64,000 nt of DNA from Candidatus Latescibacterota bacterium (GCA_965222075.1 OZ244937.1:4096001-4160000), one strand, 5' to 3'. Numbered from the stretch's first letter, positions 10,301 to 19,218 are shown. A program made the numbers and translations. Notes: generated from the sequence alone by a model not told the origin.

Positions 10301-10501
10301 GCTGATGATCCTCTGTTTATTCTCCGTGACAAAGGCCCCCATCAGGTTGCTCTCGCGAATCTCTCGCTCCTGCTCCTCCGGGGTCGTCTGCCACCCCCCG
10401 CCCCCCGGCCAGGCGACATCCGCCTCCATCTCCAGCGTGGCAAGCTTCTCCGCGTCCCTCTTCCGCCAGTCCTCCACGAGATTTCTGGTTTTGTGGAGCA
10501 T
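7352..10501 (-). CDS. large GNAT family N-acetyltransferase with long C-terminal extension
   Basis: N-terminal GNAT motifs (LNCHPDYHGKKHGKSVL; WPGNLKAVPLYKKMGF); GGAGG RBS; 1049 aa. Confidence 0.8.
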   Translation of the reverse strand: MLHKTRNLVEDWRKRDAEKLATLEMEADVAWPGGGGWQTTPEEQEREIRESNLMGAFVTENKQRIISICTIRAKPGQKAHAFVPHLNCHPDYHGKKHGKSVLWAALDRAYEAGFQRVDLSTWPGNLKAVPLYKKMGFMWRPDSSVHMENFTPAARRHPLAAVFFARHDWYETHVRELSLEEDVMIRGKVKIYEYLWRAPDGDFLRLVFDRQSWGIIEIENNDLMVSCSLSDEKLVAGVPHPVRWRIVNKKPDPVRVSLTASGDPGVEVKKREALEVTDAAELRGTFVIDPNIEEKTHEPKAAVLRTDLVIDSVGIELVAGIDVRQAVDVSVDAVRSILTPGAPQEALLTLRSNLDEPCTARLRVTPAGGADVSERRVELDPKGGAEFPAPVMAPQAGPVSLDVETSAVVGRKTIPVKTRRLDLLAVDRGGVSGGVGEEGALLCGGGLMVSANLRNGQVSIFHRLRALRSRRLDLHRPKLGPPFAGDDLFQEKAEASVEQDAFGVVLRLRTRSVLRPGVMLDRRIAVGQGPLVRMVDTVINGSTLPLDLSLVQGWGMRIGPGASFVVPRKQGVYRQTAGSGGRELDDLRLPEEGEAWPEGWICAEKEDGCAAGILWDRAERVGPDPWGSLRLRAGRMKPGESKQMDPIYAFAGDGNWQTIRAWWQTLFGSVPEIETSPAPTHRPIEFGIEPGPLLIAGGKAEATLRLSHVGEYKLNGELILEESASLRSDVASIKVSGLCESNPVVRKVGFRPTERAWSETEDIGVRFETEEAVYRFSGRALILPRNACQVRVSRQEKGRVIVVDNGTLTAKVAPSFMGSVISLQREGREYLNSSYPDAAPRGWMNPWHGGISPAYDRLEDTLYKERFRYRVIERKGRQGLVWRGVRVHCRIAQEHARGQSITLEYLLAPGADVLAILPSCRDELGISAHGDVGFHIWPGFAASPGTASFYNPTHESITALAAPHWSAAGRWNWGGIVGKSGKALFLSAKEEGVHATGGSVGDEGCLLEGNLERSMFPRERIEGLFFLLPTMGLEEGKAGVVWSEFEALP

Positions 10502-10770
10502 AGCCTCCTCCTGCTATTTCTGACCTCGCCGCATCGGCAAAACCTCAGGATGCAATTCCCATCCGTCCGGATCCTCATGAGTAGGACGATTCCGTCTCGA
10601 TCCAGGTTTCAGAATCGGGACCTCCCCCCGCCATCCAGAGACAGGTTGGGGTTGACCTCTGAGCATTTGTAAAGCATATTTGGAATAGTAGAGACGGGTT
10701 TATGATGTTTGAGAGGTTAACCAGGCCACACTCGCACGGGACTGAAAGTCCCGCGCGAGAAGAGGACCGT

Positions 10771-11337
10771 GTGCGAAACCTCATTCTGGTCAAACACGCC
10801 CTGCCGGAAATCGTCCCCCACCTGCCCGCCCGCCAGTGGCGCCTTTCAGAAGAGGGCCGTCGCCGATGCAGCACCCTGGCGGACAGGCTGGCCCCCTATC
10901 AACCGGCTCTTATTGCTTCCAGCGGTGAATACAAGGCAGTGGAAACGGCGCAGATCGTGGCAAACGCACTGGGAAAACCGTTTGAAATCGCCGATGGATT
11001 ACACGAACATGACAGGAGCAGCGTCGTCTTCCTCTCCAGGCAGGAATTCGAAAGCGCCGTTGCCTATCTTTTCGAACAGCCCGAAGCGCTCGTCTTTGGA
11101 GGGGAGACGGCGTCTCAGGCGCAAAATCGGTTTAAAAAAGCGGTCGAAAGCCTGCTCGCAAAATATCCGGAGGGCAGCATCGCCATCGTCGCACACGGCA
11201 CGGTCATCGCCCTTTTTGTCGCGGGTTGTGCAGGAATCGATCCTTTCCCATTCTGGCAGCGGCTCAGCCTGCCGTCGTTTGTCGTGCTCTCGCTTCCGGA
11301 CCTGAAACTGATCGAAACGGTCGAAAATATAGAGTAG
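10771..11337 (+). CDS. histidine phosphatase family protein
   Basis: LILVKHA (RHG variant), LSEEG, KAVETA, LHEH, IVAHG. Confidence 0.85.
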   Translation: MRNLILVKHALPEIVPHLPARQWRLSEEGRRRCSTLADRLAPYQPALIASSGEYKAVETAQIVANALGKPFEIADGLHEHDRSSVVFLSRQEFESAVAYLFEQPEALVFGGETASQAQNRFKKAVESLLAKYPEGSIAIVAHGTVIALFVAGCAGIDPFPFWQRLSLPSFVVLSLPDLKLIETVENIE

Positions 11338-11373
11338 GAATACGGCAATGCAGCCTGAGAAGAATATCACCGT

Positions 11374-11504
11374 AGCGTTCATAAAGGGTTTTGTCCGATT
11401 CATCTTCGGCAAAACCCATCACATCAAAAGCATCGGCTATATCGACGATCCGGAGCGCTGAATGATCCCTTCACGCCTCGGCGGAGAAGGAGACGACCGA
11501 AGGG
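11374..11504 (+). repeat. 131-bp direct repeat, copy B
   Basis: Near-identical to 7168-7298; contains the arsR stop codon. Confidence 0.9.
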
Positions 11505-11854
11505 TGGGGAACGCAGATCTGTCCCCTGTCCGCCAACTCCGTCAGACGCATCAGGTCTTCCTGTACGGCAGGTTTGTCCTGTCGGCCCTCTTTGAGGTAC
11601 GACACAAGCCACTGCTTCAGATCCGTGTTGGGCGCTGTCAGGGCATAATAAATCCAGACGCCGTCCCGCCGATCCGACACGATCCCGGCGTGTTTGAGCG
11701 TCGAAAGGTGCCGTGAGATCTTGCCCTGGGGCATGTCGAGTATCAAAACCAGTTCGCAGACACAGAGTTCCCGTTCCGAAAGCAGAAACAGAAGCCGAAG
11801 CCGGGTCTCGTCGGAACAGGCCTTGAACACCGCAAGGTCCTCTTTCAATTCCAT
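11471..11854 (-). CDS. arsR: ArsR/SmtB metalloregulator
   Basis: FKACSDETRLRLL..ELCVCEL..QGKISRHLSTLKHAGIV..RRDGVWIYY; start at ATG 11854 after GAGGGG. Confidence 0.88.
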   Translation of the reverse strand: MELKEDLAVFKACSDETRLRLLFLLSERELCVCELVLILDMPQGKISRHLSTLKHAGIVSDRRDGVWIYYALTAPNTDLKQWLVSYLKEGRQDKPAVQEDLMRLTELADRGQICVPHPSVVSFSAEA

Positions 11855-11882
11855 CGCATCTACCCCTCGAAAGAAATCCCTC

Positions 11883-12596
11883 CTAACAACATCCTTTAAC
11901 TTCACCGCCCGGATCGGGATGGCATCGAATAAACTCATAGAAAAACGCCCCGGTTATCGCCCCCAGCACCGGCCCGGCCAGGTATGCCGGAAAGTACGCC
12001 CAGTTTCCGGAGACCAGGGCAGGCCCCAGGCTGCGGGCCGGGTTCATAGACGCCCCGCAAAGGGGCCCGGCAAACATCGCTTCCAGCCAGATTGTCCCCC
12101 CAATGGCCAGTCCGGCCGCCTGTCCTACGGCCCGATGATCGGTTGCTACGGACATAATCACCACCATCAGAAAGAACGTCAGCAAAAACTCCCAGACAAA
12201 CGCGGTTGAAAAGGCATGATCCATCGGCTGAGTAACCCCGAAGTTGAGTGACTGAGCCGGGAATCTCTGTCTCAGAATCGGAGCCAGCGTAAACAGGTGA
12301 ATGGTGCTCGCCACAACCGCTCCGGAGCACTGCGCAGCGATATAGGGGATGATTTCCCGCTTTGGAAAATGGCGCGTACAGGCAAATGCGAGGGTAACGG
12401 CAGGGTTGAAATGGGCGCCGCAGATGTGTCCTGTGGCATAGACCATCGTCATCACAATCAGACCGAACGACGTCGCGATACCGACATGGGTCACCCCGCC
12501 CTCTGAAAGCTGGTTGATCGCAATGGCGCCGCACCCGACCAGCACAATCGCAAAAGCCCCCAGGAACTCTGCCGCACACTTCCGGAGTAGATTCAT
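11883..12596 (-). CDS. MIP family aquaporin/aquaglyceroporin, probably arsenite-related
   Basis: Two NPA motifs (HFNPAVT, SMNPARS); C-terminal GCC; co-oriented with arsR. Confidence 0.9.
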   Translation of the reverse strand: MNLLRKCAAEFLGAFAIVLVGCGAIAINQLSEGGVTHVGIATSFGLIVMTMVYATGHICGAHFNPAVTLAFACTRHFPKREIIPYIAAQCSGAVVASTIHLFTLAPILRQRFPAQSLNFGVTQPMDHAFSTAFVWEFLLTFFLMVVIMSVATDHRAVGQAAGLAIGGTIWLEAMFAGPLCGASMNPARSLGPALVSGNWAYFPAYLAGPVLGAITGAFFYEFIRCHPDPGGEVKGCC

Positions 12597-12610
12597 ACCG
12601 GGCTCCTTTC

Positions 12611-12914
12611 TTAGAAGTTGTCTTAAGACCCATGTCTGGTCGCTTTACGAGGCTGTCGCCCTTGGCGTTAAGCGATTTTCGAGGGCGAGACCTGCCTGCG
12701 CGGCGCACCGCGCTGCAGGCAGGCCGCTCAGGCGCCGCGGGGGCTGCTTTTCCGCGAATTGTCCCTGTGGTGGAAGCGGAAGCTTCTGCCCTGCGGACCT
12801 TTTAGGCATTTTTGGGCGATGGTGCTGGACGGAACCGCGCGGAAAAGCCCCTTCACCCCGCACCGATTTTCGCTCGCGCTCGGAACTCACCGGGAATTTT
12901 AAAACAACTTCTAA
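12611..12914. mobile_element. MITE-like modular repeat, copy 2
   Basis: Terminal inverted repeats TTAGAAGTTGTCTTAAGA / TTTTAAAACAACTTCTAA (16 of 18 match); internal blocks shared with copies 1 and 3. Confidence 0.8.
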
Positions 12915-12933
12915 AACGTAGAGGTTTATATCT

Positions 12934-12957
12934 ATATATCCGTATATACGGTTATAT
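12934..12957. promoter_or_regulatory. probable ArsR operator
   Basis: 24-bp AT-rich palindrome ATATATCCGTAT/ATACGGTTATAT with 1 mismatch, upstream of the aquaporin-arsR pair. Confidence 0.6.
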
Positions 12958-13079
12958 TAATATACAAACCCCCACAACAATACGCAACTGCGGAATCCAT
13001 ACAATTCTGCTCCTCACAGAGTGCGATTCAGCGCTCGTATTTCGTCCGGCACGGAACTCATGGCCCCATCTGCTCAGAC

Positions 13080-16000
13080 TTATGTCAATTGCTCTTCAAA
13101 TATCCGTTTCATATAGTCGTACTGCCCGTTTCGCTCGGCAAACAAAATATGCGCCCTGGCAAACTGCGCCCTATTCCACGACCCGTCCTCGTATTTCTTC
13201 TTCAATGTCTCATAAGACGTTACGGAAATGAGATATGAATCCAGTGTCACGTCCTCATTCCCGATTGCCCTTGCCAACTCCGGCAGCCTTTTGTGGAGTT
13301 GCGCTTTCTCGTCGTGTTGGTATGCATTTGCGTAGATCATCCCGTGCGGCTCCACAAAGACGATGTGCTGCTTTTTTCCCTCCTTGATCCAGAGGATGAA
13401 GTCCGGATAGAAGCCGCTCGTCTCGAAGAAGCTGACGCCTGCGCCGCGGCTTAGATTCCGCAGGAGAAACACCTCCCGTCCAGACAGTCTGCCGTCCTTC
13501 TCCTCCAACCAGTAGTCCTTCAAATCCTGGACAAACCGTCTTTCACCTGTATTCAACGCAGGGGGAGCGGTCCTGATGTTGTCATCGCTGTGCTCGACCA
13601 GCAGGGGCTGGTAGAGGTGTCGGTCGAAGTGGATGCGGCCCAATTCCGTTGTTTCCTTCTGATAGAGTCGCTCGCCATCAGCAATCAGCTTTTTGATCTT
13701 GCCCATCAAGCAGCTCTCGGACCGCCGGACGCTGATCACGTATTGGCCCTTCCCTTCCCGCACCTGGTTGGGGCTCAAATTCGGGTCGCTTTGGTCGAGT
13801 GTCTTGTAAACCATGTGTTCCGACTCCCAGCGCTCCCGCTTTGTCCGATAGAAGACGTCGACGTACTTCCGCAGAATCCTGGTTACCGCATCTTGCAGGC
13901 GGACGGTGTCCCCAAACGATTCAGGCTGCACTACCGCCTCGTCCGCGATTAGACGATACCGTTTGGGGTCTGAGAGGATATTCCGTGGCGCATCCGGTAG
14001 TACACTCAGATTATTCAGGCCCTTCTGCTCCTTGTATTCGAGCAGGTCGAGATAGGCCTGCTCCCAATTGACCAGGGCCAAGCTCTCATTGGGAAGGACT
14101 TGCTCTGTCCCCCACTGCCCGGCAGTGGTCGCAACGCCGTCGTCGCTGCTTTCCAGCGCCTGCACCTTCAGGGACATGTCGATGCGCACCTCTACAGCAG
14201 GGTCGGGCTTGAGAAGGAGATTCTCCTCGTACGCAAAATCGTATCCCTTTTTCACCCGCGGCACCACCAGACCCGCTTTCAGCAATCCATTATCGGGTCG
14301 AATGAACAACGGTGGCAACTCTTCATACCCTTCCGTATCGACGCCCTCCCACTCCAGGTATGCCCGGAACCGGGCCATATAGTTGGCACGCACGGCGAAG
14401 ATATTGAGCGTCTCCAGCAGGCCAATGTGATCCGGGTGGCTGCCGCCCAGTCCCGCGCTCCGCTTGAGGCTGGCGCCCTTGCCCCGCAGACGCACCCCGC
14501 GCCCGAAGAGCTGGATGATCTCCGCGCCCTCGATACGACCGATATTCAATAGGCCCATGTTCGAGACGCGCCAGGAGTTCCAGCCTTCCATGAATTTCTT
14601 CGCGCCAATGAGGACCTCAATCCTGGTATGCGGCCTATTGATGCCGTCGAATAGCGAGCCAGCCAGAGCGTCTTCTTCCAGTGTTATGCCAGCGTCATCG
14701 GCCTCCACCAGCTTCTTGAAGGCGCTGATGTCGCCGATGTAGATGAGGCCGAAGTAGTCCTGGGCTCCGCTCGCCTTGAGGCCCAATTCGCCGTCGGCAC
14801 CGCGGATCGCGCACACGTGCAAGCCGCCGCCGGCCGGGGCGTGGAATACTTTTTTCAAGATGTCCTGGTACATCTCCTCGAAGGGTCGCTCCATTGCCCG
14901 CAGGTACGCGAATTTGCCCGCGAACACATCCCGCCCATCCGGCGTGACCAACCCGGTCTCGCCTTTGACGAGCTGCTCAATGGCCTTGAGCGCCCAATCG
15001 GCCCGACTCAAAACGCGATGCAGGAATCGCGCCACCGTCAGCACGTCGCTGCATTTCTGCCGGTCCCTGGAGTACACCGCGTTCACCGTGCTGCCTACAA
15101 AGACCCACAGCGGCCGTTCCAAGTGATAAGGCCGCAACCCCTCGGCGTGCTCGGCGAACGTGCATTGCTGCTCGTAGAACGACAGCAAGTTGCCAAGCAG
15201 AAGCGTCTCTGTCGCCTCCTCTGTCGTCTCCTCCACGAGGTTGAGCACGCGGAAGTCCTTGCCGTACCCGTCGCCGTGGAAGTAGCGGTACGAGTAGTCG
15301 AAGGCAATGGCTTTTCCGTACTCCGTCGTAAGTGCGTCGTTGCGTGCTGCGGTCAGGGCCTGGCCGAAGGTGGCGCTGTATTCAAAGGTGAATCCACGCT
15401 CACCCAGAGCGTCGCGGAAGCTGCGCCACGCCTCGCCGCCCGAACCTTTGTGCCCTTCATCGACGAAAATCAGGTTGTTGCCCTCGAATGCCTCGACGGG
15501 TACGCTTGCACCGCCGCCGTGCTTTTGCTCGACCAGTTTGGTTATTTCAATGACCCGCACCGCGTCGTTTGCGCCCGTCGTCAGGCCACTCTCGTGGAGG
15601 TCGAAGCGCCAACAGGGGATGGCCGAGGCCGTCATCTCGTCGAGATGCTGCTCGCTCAGCCCCTCGTTGGGGGTAATCAGCAAGATATTGTCCAGGGGCT
15701 GGTTGTTGTAGTGCAGGAATTGGCGGTAGTTGAGGTGCATGATGAGGGTTTTGCCGCTGCCGGTCGCCATCCAAAAGGCGAGTTTTTTCAGGTCGGCTGC
15801 GGAGAACGGCTCACCGGCCTCGCGCTCGGCGACAAACTCGTTCAGCGAACGAAGCATCTCTCCCCGGCGGTTGAAGTATTCATCGAGGAACACTTCCGTG
15901 TAGAGCGCCGCCAGGTACTGGAAGTAGCGCAGGGTAATCGGCTCGGACCGGCGGGCGTTCATGGCGCGCAGGTGGTTGCGGATATTGTCGTCGTACCGGG

Positions 16001-16205
16001 CCAGGGCGTCCGGCAAAATGTTCGCCGCGTCCCCGCGGCCAATCAGCCGGTGATAGACAAAGCTGCGGCCTTCGGGATCGAACCCCTCGTCCGATTCCTT
16101 CATATCCGCCAGCAGGTCGCGGTTGTGCTCGTAGCCAAACTGCCGGTTGAGCCATGCCAGCAGGACCAGGTGCTGCTCCAGGCTGGTGATTTGTACGGGC
16201 GGCAT
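13080..16205 (-). CDS. res: Type III restriction enzyme Res subunit (SF2 helicase plus PD-(D/E)xK nuclease)
   Basis: MATGSGKT Walker A, VDEGH, EYSATF, EGWN, QLFGRGVR; C-terminal FYPDFILW..VEPHG; downstream of mod. Confidence 0.88.
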   Translation of the reverse strand: MPPVQITSLEQHLVLLAWLNRQFGYEHNRDLLADMKESDEGFDPEGRSFVYHRLIGRGDAANILPDALARYDDNIRNHLRAMNARRSEPITLRYFQYLAALYTEVFLDEYFNRRGEMLRSLNEFVAEREAGEPFSAADLKKLAFWMATGSGKTLIMHLNYRQFLHYNNQPLDNILLITPNEGLSEQHLDEMTASAIPCWRFDLHESGLTTGANDAVRVIEITKLVEQKHGGGASVPVEAFEGNNLIFVDEGHKGSGGEAWRSFRDALGERGFTFEYSATFGQALTAARNDALTTEYGKAIAFDYSYRYFHGDGYGKDFRVLNLVEETTEEATETLLLGNLLSFYEQQCTFAEHAEGLRPYHLERPLWVFVGSTVNAVYSRDRQKCSDVLTVARFLHRVLSRADWALKAIEQLVKGETGLVTPDGRDVFAGKFAYLRAMERPFEEMYQDILKKVFHAPAGGGLHVCAIRGADGELGLKASGAQDYFGLIYIGDISAFKKLVEADDAGITLEEDALAGSLFDGINRPHTRIEVLIGAKKFMEGWNSWRVSNMGLLNIGRIEGAEIIQLFGRGVRLRGKGASLKRSAGLGGSHPDHIGLLETLNIFAVRANYMARFRAYLEWEGVDTEGYEELPPLFIRPDNGLLKAGLVVPRVKKGYDFAYEENLLLKPDPAVEVRIDMSLKVQALESSDDGVATTAGQWGTEQVLPNESLALVNWEQAYLDLLEYKEQKGLNNLSVLPDAPRNILSDPKRYRLIADEAVVQPESFGDTVRLQDAVTRILRKYVDVFYRTKRERWESEHMVYKTLDQSDPNLSPNQVREGKGQYVISVRRSESCLMGKIKKLIADGERLYQKETTELGRIHFDRHLYQPLLVEHSDDNIRTAPPALNTGERRFVQDLKDYWLEEKDGRLSGREVFLLRNLSRGAGVSFFETSGFYPDFILWIKEGKKQHIVFVEPHGMIYANAYQHDEKAQLHKRLPELARAIGNEDVTLDSYLISVTSYETLKKKYEDGSWNRAQFARAHILFAERNGQYDYMKRIFEEQLT

Positions 16206-16207
16206 TT

Positions 16208-16309
16208 CTATGCCTCTTCGCCGACGATGGTTTTCAGCTGCTCGTCTACTGTCCTGGTGGCGTGGTTCAGCATATCCATCAGGCTTATCCGGTCATTACG
16301 CCTGCTCAT
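16208..16309 (-). pseudogene. internally deleted HEPN/DUF86 toxin remnant (33 aa)
   Basis: MSRRNDRISLMDMLNHA..EQLKTIVGEEA: DUF86-like N- and C-termini joined, RxxxxH core missing; overlaps the MNT stop. Confidence 0.6.
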
Positions 16310-16610
16310 ACACCGCCTCCGCCGAGTTGATTATCTCCTCCCGGAGCAGCCAGTTGCGGCTGCTTTCGACTCCCCCGAAGGTGTGTAAATCCGCCTTCCG
16401 CCCCAGGATTTTGTCCAGTTCAATCTCCAATTCGGCCAGCCCGATGTAGCCAATACGTGCATCCGGCTCGAACTCCACGAGTACATCCACATCGCTCTCA
16501 GGCGTGAAGTCGTCGCGCAGCACCGAGCCGAACAGGGCCATGCGCCGGATGTGATTGCGCCGACAGAAGGCGGCGATCTTGTCTTTTGGGGTGTCGATCT
16601 TGATGCTCAT
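16296..16610 (-). CDS. minimal nucleotidyltransferase (MNT antitoxin)
   Basis: LFGSVLRDDFTPESDVDVLVEF motif; 104 aa. Confidence 0.9.
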   Translation of the reverse strand: MSIKIDTPKDKIAAFCRRNHIRRMALFGSVLRDDFTPESDVDVLVEFEPDARIGYIGLAELEIELDKILGRKADLHTFGGVESSRNWLLREEIINSAEAVYEQA

Positions 16611-16684
16611 GGTTCTGCTCCTGCAAATAGCCAAGCCTTGAATATCAGCGCCAGGGCTTTTGCCTCGCGAATGAAAAATTCATT
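16607..16684 (-). pseudogene. relic of a mod gene 3' end
   Basis: NEFFIREAKALALIFKAWLFAGAEP* aligns ungapped to the Mod C-terminus GDSFIREARALEPVFKRRMFAETGK* (11 of 25 identical); its stop overlaps the MNT start (ATGA). Confidence 0.7.
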
Positions 16685-16691
16685 ACTTTTG

Positions 16692-17777
16692 CTACCCTTC
16701 CAACTGACATGCCGGCGCAAACGTCTCAATATCCCAATCGGTTTGTGAACCGAACATCCGGCGCAGACGGATCATTCCGTGAGACGGAGCTACATGACTG
16801 ATCCTTTTACTAGCTTCCCGGATAGTCTTTTCTACTGTTCTATTCCTTCTCCGTGCGGGTTTGGAACTAGGAAGGTCGAACGGTGCAGTCGCATAAGCCT
16901 TTCTAGTAAACGAGAGAATACGTTTTACGTCGCTCTCCGTCGGCAAACTCCGTCCACCTTTTCTCCACGGAGTGAGCGCCGCTATTGGTTCACTATGCAG
17001 CATCTCATTCCATACTCTATCCTCATGGGCGTTTTGGGAACCATGATGTGGAACTTTGAAAACGGAAGCTTTGCAATTCGGCCGTTCGTGGGCAGCGAGT
17101 ATATCCAACCAGCCACGCCCCTCAAGATCGGAACCGAGGAGAATCGCTGTATCGTCGATCTTGATTAATAGAACAACCGCAATTTTGTTAGGGGTCAGGG
17201 TAGGAGTTCGCCTTTTTGTTTCACGTTCCTGTGGCCGGAGACGGTCTATTTCCTGCAAGAAGCTGTTAACTTCCTTGTCGAAAGGCGAGAGGGACCAGAT
17301 TTCGCAACTATCCCGACTAAAGATTCTACGATTGGCTATGGCGAATACAGGCTTGGCAGACCTCTCCTCAAGTAGTGACCGGACTTTGTAGAGTTCCTGC
17401 ATTCCAGAGCCCACTTGGGACATAGGACGACTCGCTATAGCGTCCATCATTGCGAGGAATTCTTGTGTACGAAGAGCACTTGCACAGCAGAAAGTCGCAT
17501 CGTCGCAGGTCTCGATCAACTCTCCCATGCCACGTATATGGTCGTCATGCCAATGAGTGGTAACTATGAGGTGAACTACCTCAGGAGGATCTAATCCCAT
17601 GCCATGGAGATAAGCCAACGCTACCGGACGAGAATCTGCACCGATACAGGAATCGACAATTACCCAACTTCCGTTCCCTATATGGAGAAGTATGCATTCT
17701 CCGTAACCAGGGCCGACAAGGGTTACTTCCATCACGTTGTGTTTAGGCGGAACTCCGAGGGTAGTTAGTCCGCCCAT
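16692..17777 (-). CDS. MBL-fold metallo-hydrolase, ComEC/Rec2-like (putative nuclease)
   Basis: GYGECILL, IVDSC, THWHDDHIRG (HxHxDH), GSDLE, KVPHHGS. Confidence 0.85.
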   Translation of the reverse strand: MGGLTTLGVPPKHNVMEVTLVGPGYGECILLHIGNGSWVIVDSCIGADSRPVALAYLHGMGLDPPEVVHLIVTTHWHDDHIRGMGELIETCDDATFCCASALRTQEFLAMMDAIASRPMSQVGSGMQELYKVRSLLEERSAKPVFAIANRRIFSRDSCEIWSLSPFDKEVNSFLQEIDRLRPQERETKRRTPTLTPNKIAVVLLIKIDDTAILLGSDLEGRGWLDILAAHERPNCKASVFKVPHHGSQNAHEDRVWNEMLHSEPIAALTPWRKGGRSLPTESDVKRILSFTRKAYATAPFDLPSSKPARRRNRTVEKTIREASKRISHVAPSHGMIRLRRMFGSQTDWDIETFAPACQLEG

Positions 17778-18379
17778 AACTGAAAGGTCTTCCTGGCCCG
17801 TTCCTCGGCTTCGGCTATATCCTGTTTGGTCACAACAGGAAGTTCGCGGAAGACGATCCGGGAGACACGCTGCTTAGTTCCACTCACGGAACGCTCGTAG
17901 CCGATGACCCAGCGAAAGATGCTGCCGAGGCGCAGACGCTTGAGGTCGTCTTCTGAAATCTCGGAAAGAGGAATGACGGCTTCTTCCTCTTCATACGAGG
18001 AACTGGCAGTCAGGTCTAATAGCCGCACTGTGAAGTCGTCTTCTCCTATTTCTGTGACATGCCCTTCCCACTCCTGAAGCAGATGAAAACTGACTTGGGG
18101 CACAGTCCGCGAAATTTGAGCTAGGTCAGGAAAATCAGTGATTACGTCAACATCGAAACCGGCTCCAGTCGCTATCGGGCGGACCTCAATGGTCCTCTCC
18201 GAGACGTCAGTGTCATATAGCTCCGAATTTCGGCGCTGTTTTAGTGTAGCCGCGATCCGGTCCGCATATCCTTCCCGAAGAAGCAATTGCTCAAAGGTAT
18301 TAGATGCACTCGGATTTTTGTTGACCCCTGATGAGTCCTGAAGTCTGTTGCCCGCAGGGGCGAATGCAGCTTCCGACAT
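17765..18379 (-). CDS. hypothetical protein with conserved-looking beta-rich C-terminal domain
   Basis: LLQEWEGHVTEIGEDDFTVRLLDL..LRLGSIFRWVIGYE; overlaps the MBL gene by 13 bp. Confidence 0.75.
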   Translation of the reverse strand: MSEAAFAPAGNRLQDSSGVNKNPSASNTFEQLLLREGYADRIAATLKQRRNSELYDTDVSERTIEVRPIATGAGFDVDVITDFPDLAQISRTVPQVSFHLLQEWEGHVTEIGEDDFTVRLLDLTASSSYEEEEAVIPLSEISEDDLKRLRLGSIFRWVIGYERSVSGTKQRVSRIVFRELPVVTKQDIAEAEERARKTFQLWAD

Positions 18380-18381
18380 TC

Positions 18382-19077
18382 TTATTTCTCCGTTAAGGAC
18401 ATAATGTGATCGATGATTTTGTCTGCACGCCGCAAAGATTCGTCAAAATTCTCCTCTAGTAACGCGACGATTTTACTGGTTCCCACCTGGCTCTCTACGT
18501 TCTCAATAGTATAGTGGTCATTGACTCGAACGTAAACGCCGAGACGGCCTTGGCCGATCCGGCTGGATGGTTCCACCGTCACGTTTATTTGTCCTCCCAG
18601 CGGCCTACCGTCCGGATTTACTTGTCTCATAGTAAGAGAAGTCATACCACCATGCTCTCCATCTGGTTCCAGTTTCTGTCCCCAATCTCCCCATGGCTCG
18701 ACAGGTGCCAGCAATCTGCCGAGCCGATCTCGCTCGTCAAAGCTCTGCACGGAAAAGTGTACTTCTCGGTTGATCCCCATTACTTTAAGGGGGATATGAG
18801 GAAGGTTTTCTCGGAAAATTCGGACAGCCAAGTCCCGCAGGCGAACATAGGGGGGCTGAGTCGTGTTGATTTGGAAGGATTCTGGTTGGACATGCAGGTT
18901 GAGCCAATCCGCCTCGAACATCGTAATCTGAGGATGAGCGATTTTCGTATCTGCAGTTTCGACCGTCCTTTCAGGAAGAAGCCCATGCCATCCGAACCAC
19001 GCAGGTGGAAAAATCGCAGGATTGAAATGGCCAAGCATGACGAGCGAAACCTCGGCAATTTCGGGTTCAATTTTCAT
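18382..19077 (-). CDS. hypothetical protein, resembles TIGR04255-like sporadically distributed proteins
   Basis: SLVMLGHFNPAIF..WF; MGIN; VRVNDHY; AGGAG RBS. Family resemblance recalled, not searched. Confidence 0.7.
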   Translation of the reverse strand: MKIEPEIAEVSLVMLGHFNPAIFPPAWFGWHGLLPERTVETADTKIAHPQITMFEADWLNLHVQPESFQINTTQPPYVRLRDLAVRIFRENLPHIPLKVMGINREVHFSVQSFDERDRLGRLLAPVEPWGDWGQKLEPDGEHGGMTSLTMRQVNPDGRPLGGQINVTVEPSSRIGQGRLGVYVRVNDHYTIENVESQVGTSKIVALLEENFDESLRRADKIIDHIMSLTEK

Positions 19078-19218
19078 TGCTGGTTTCTCCTGTCGAATAG
19101 TCTATTGGTCTTTGCTTGACGAATTGGACATCTCATGCGTCGTATAGAGGCGGCGGTTATTCCCACATAGAGCCTTCCCCCATGTCTTTGTGCCTTCGTG
19201 TTCGCCTCTGTTTTGTCT

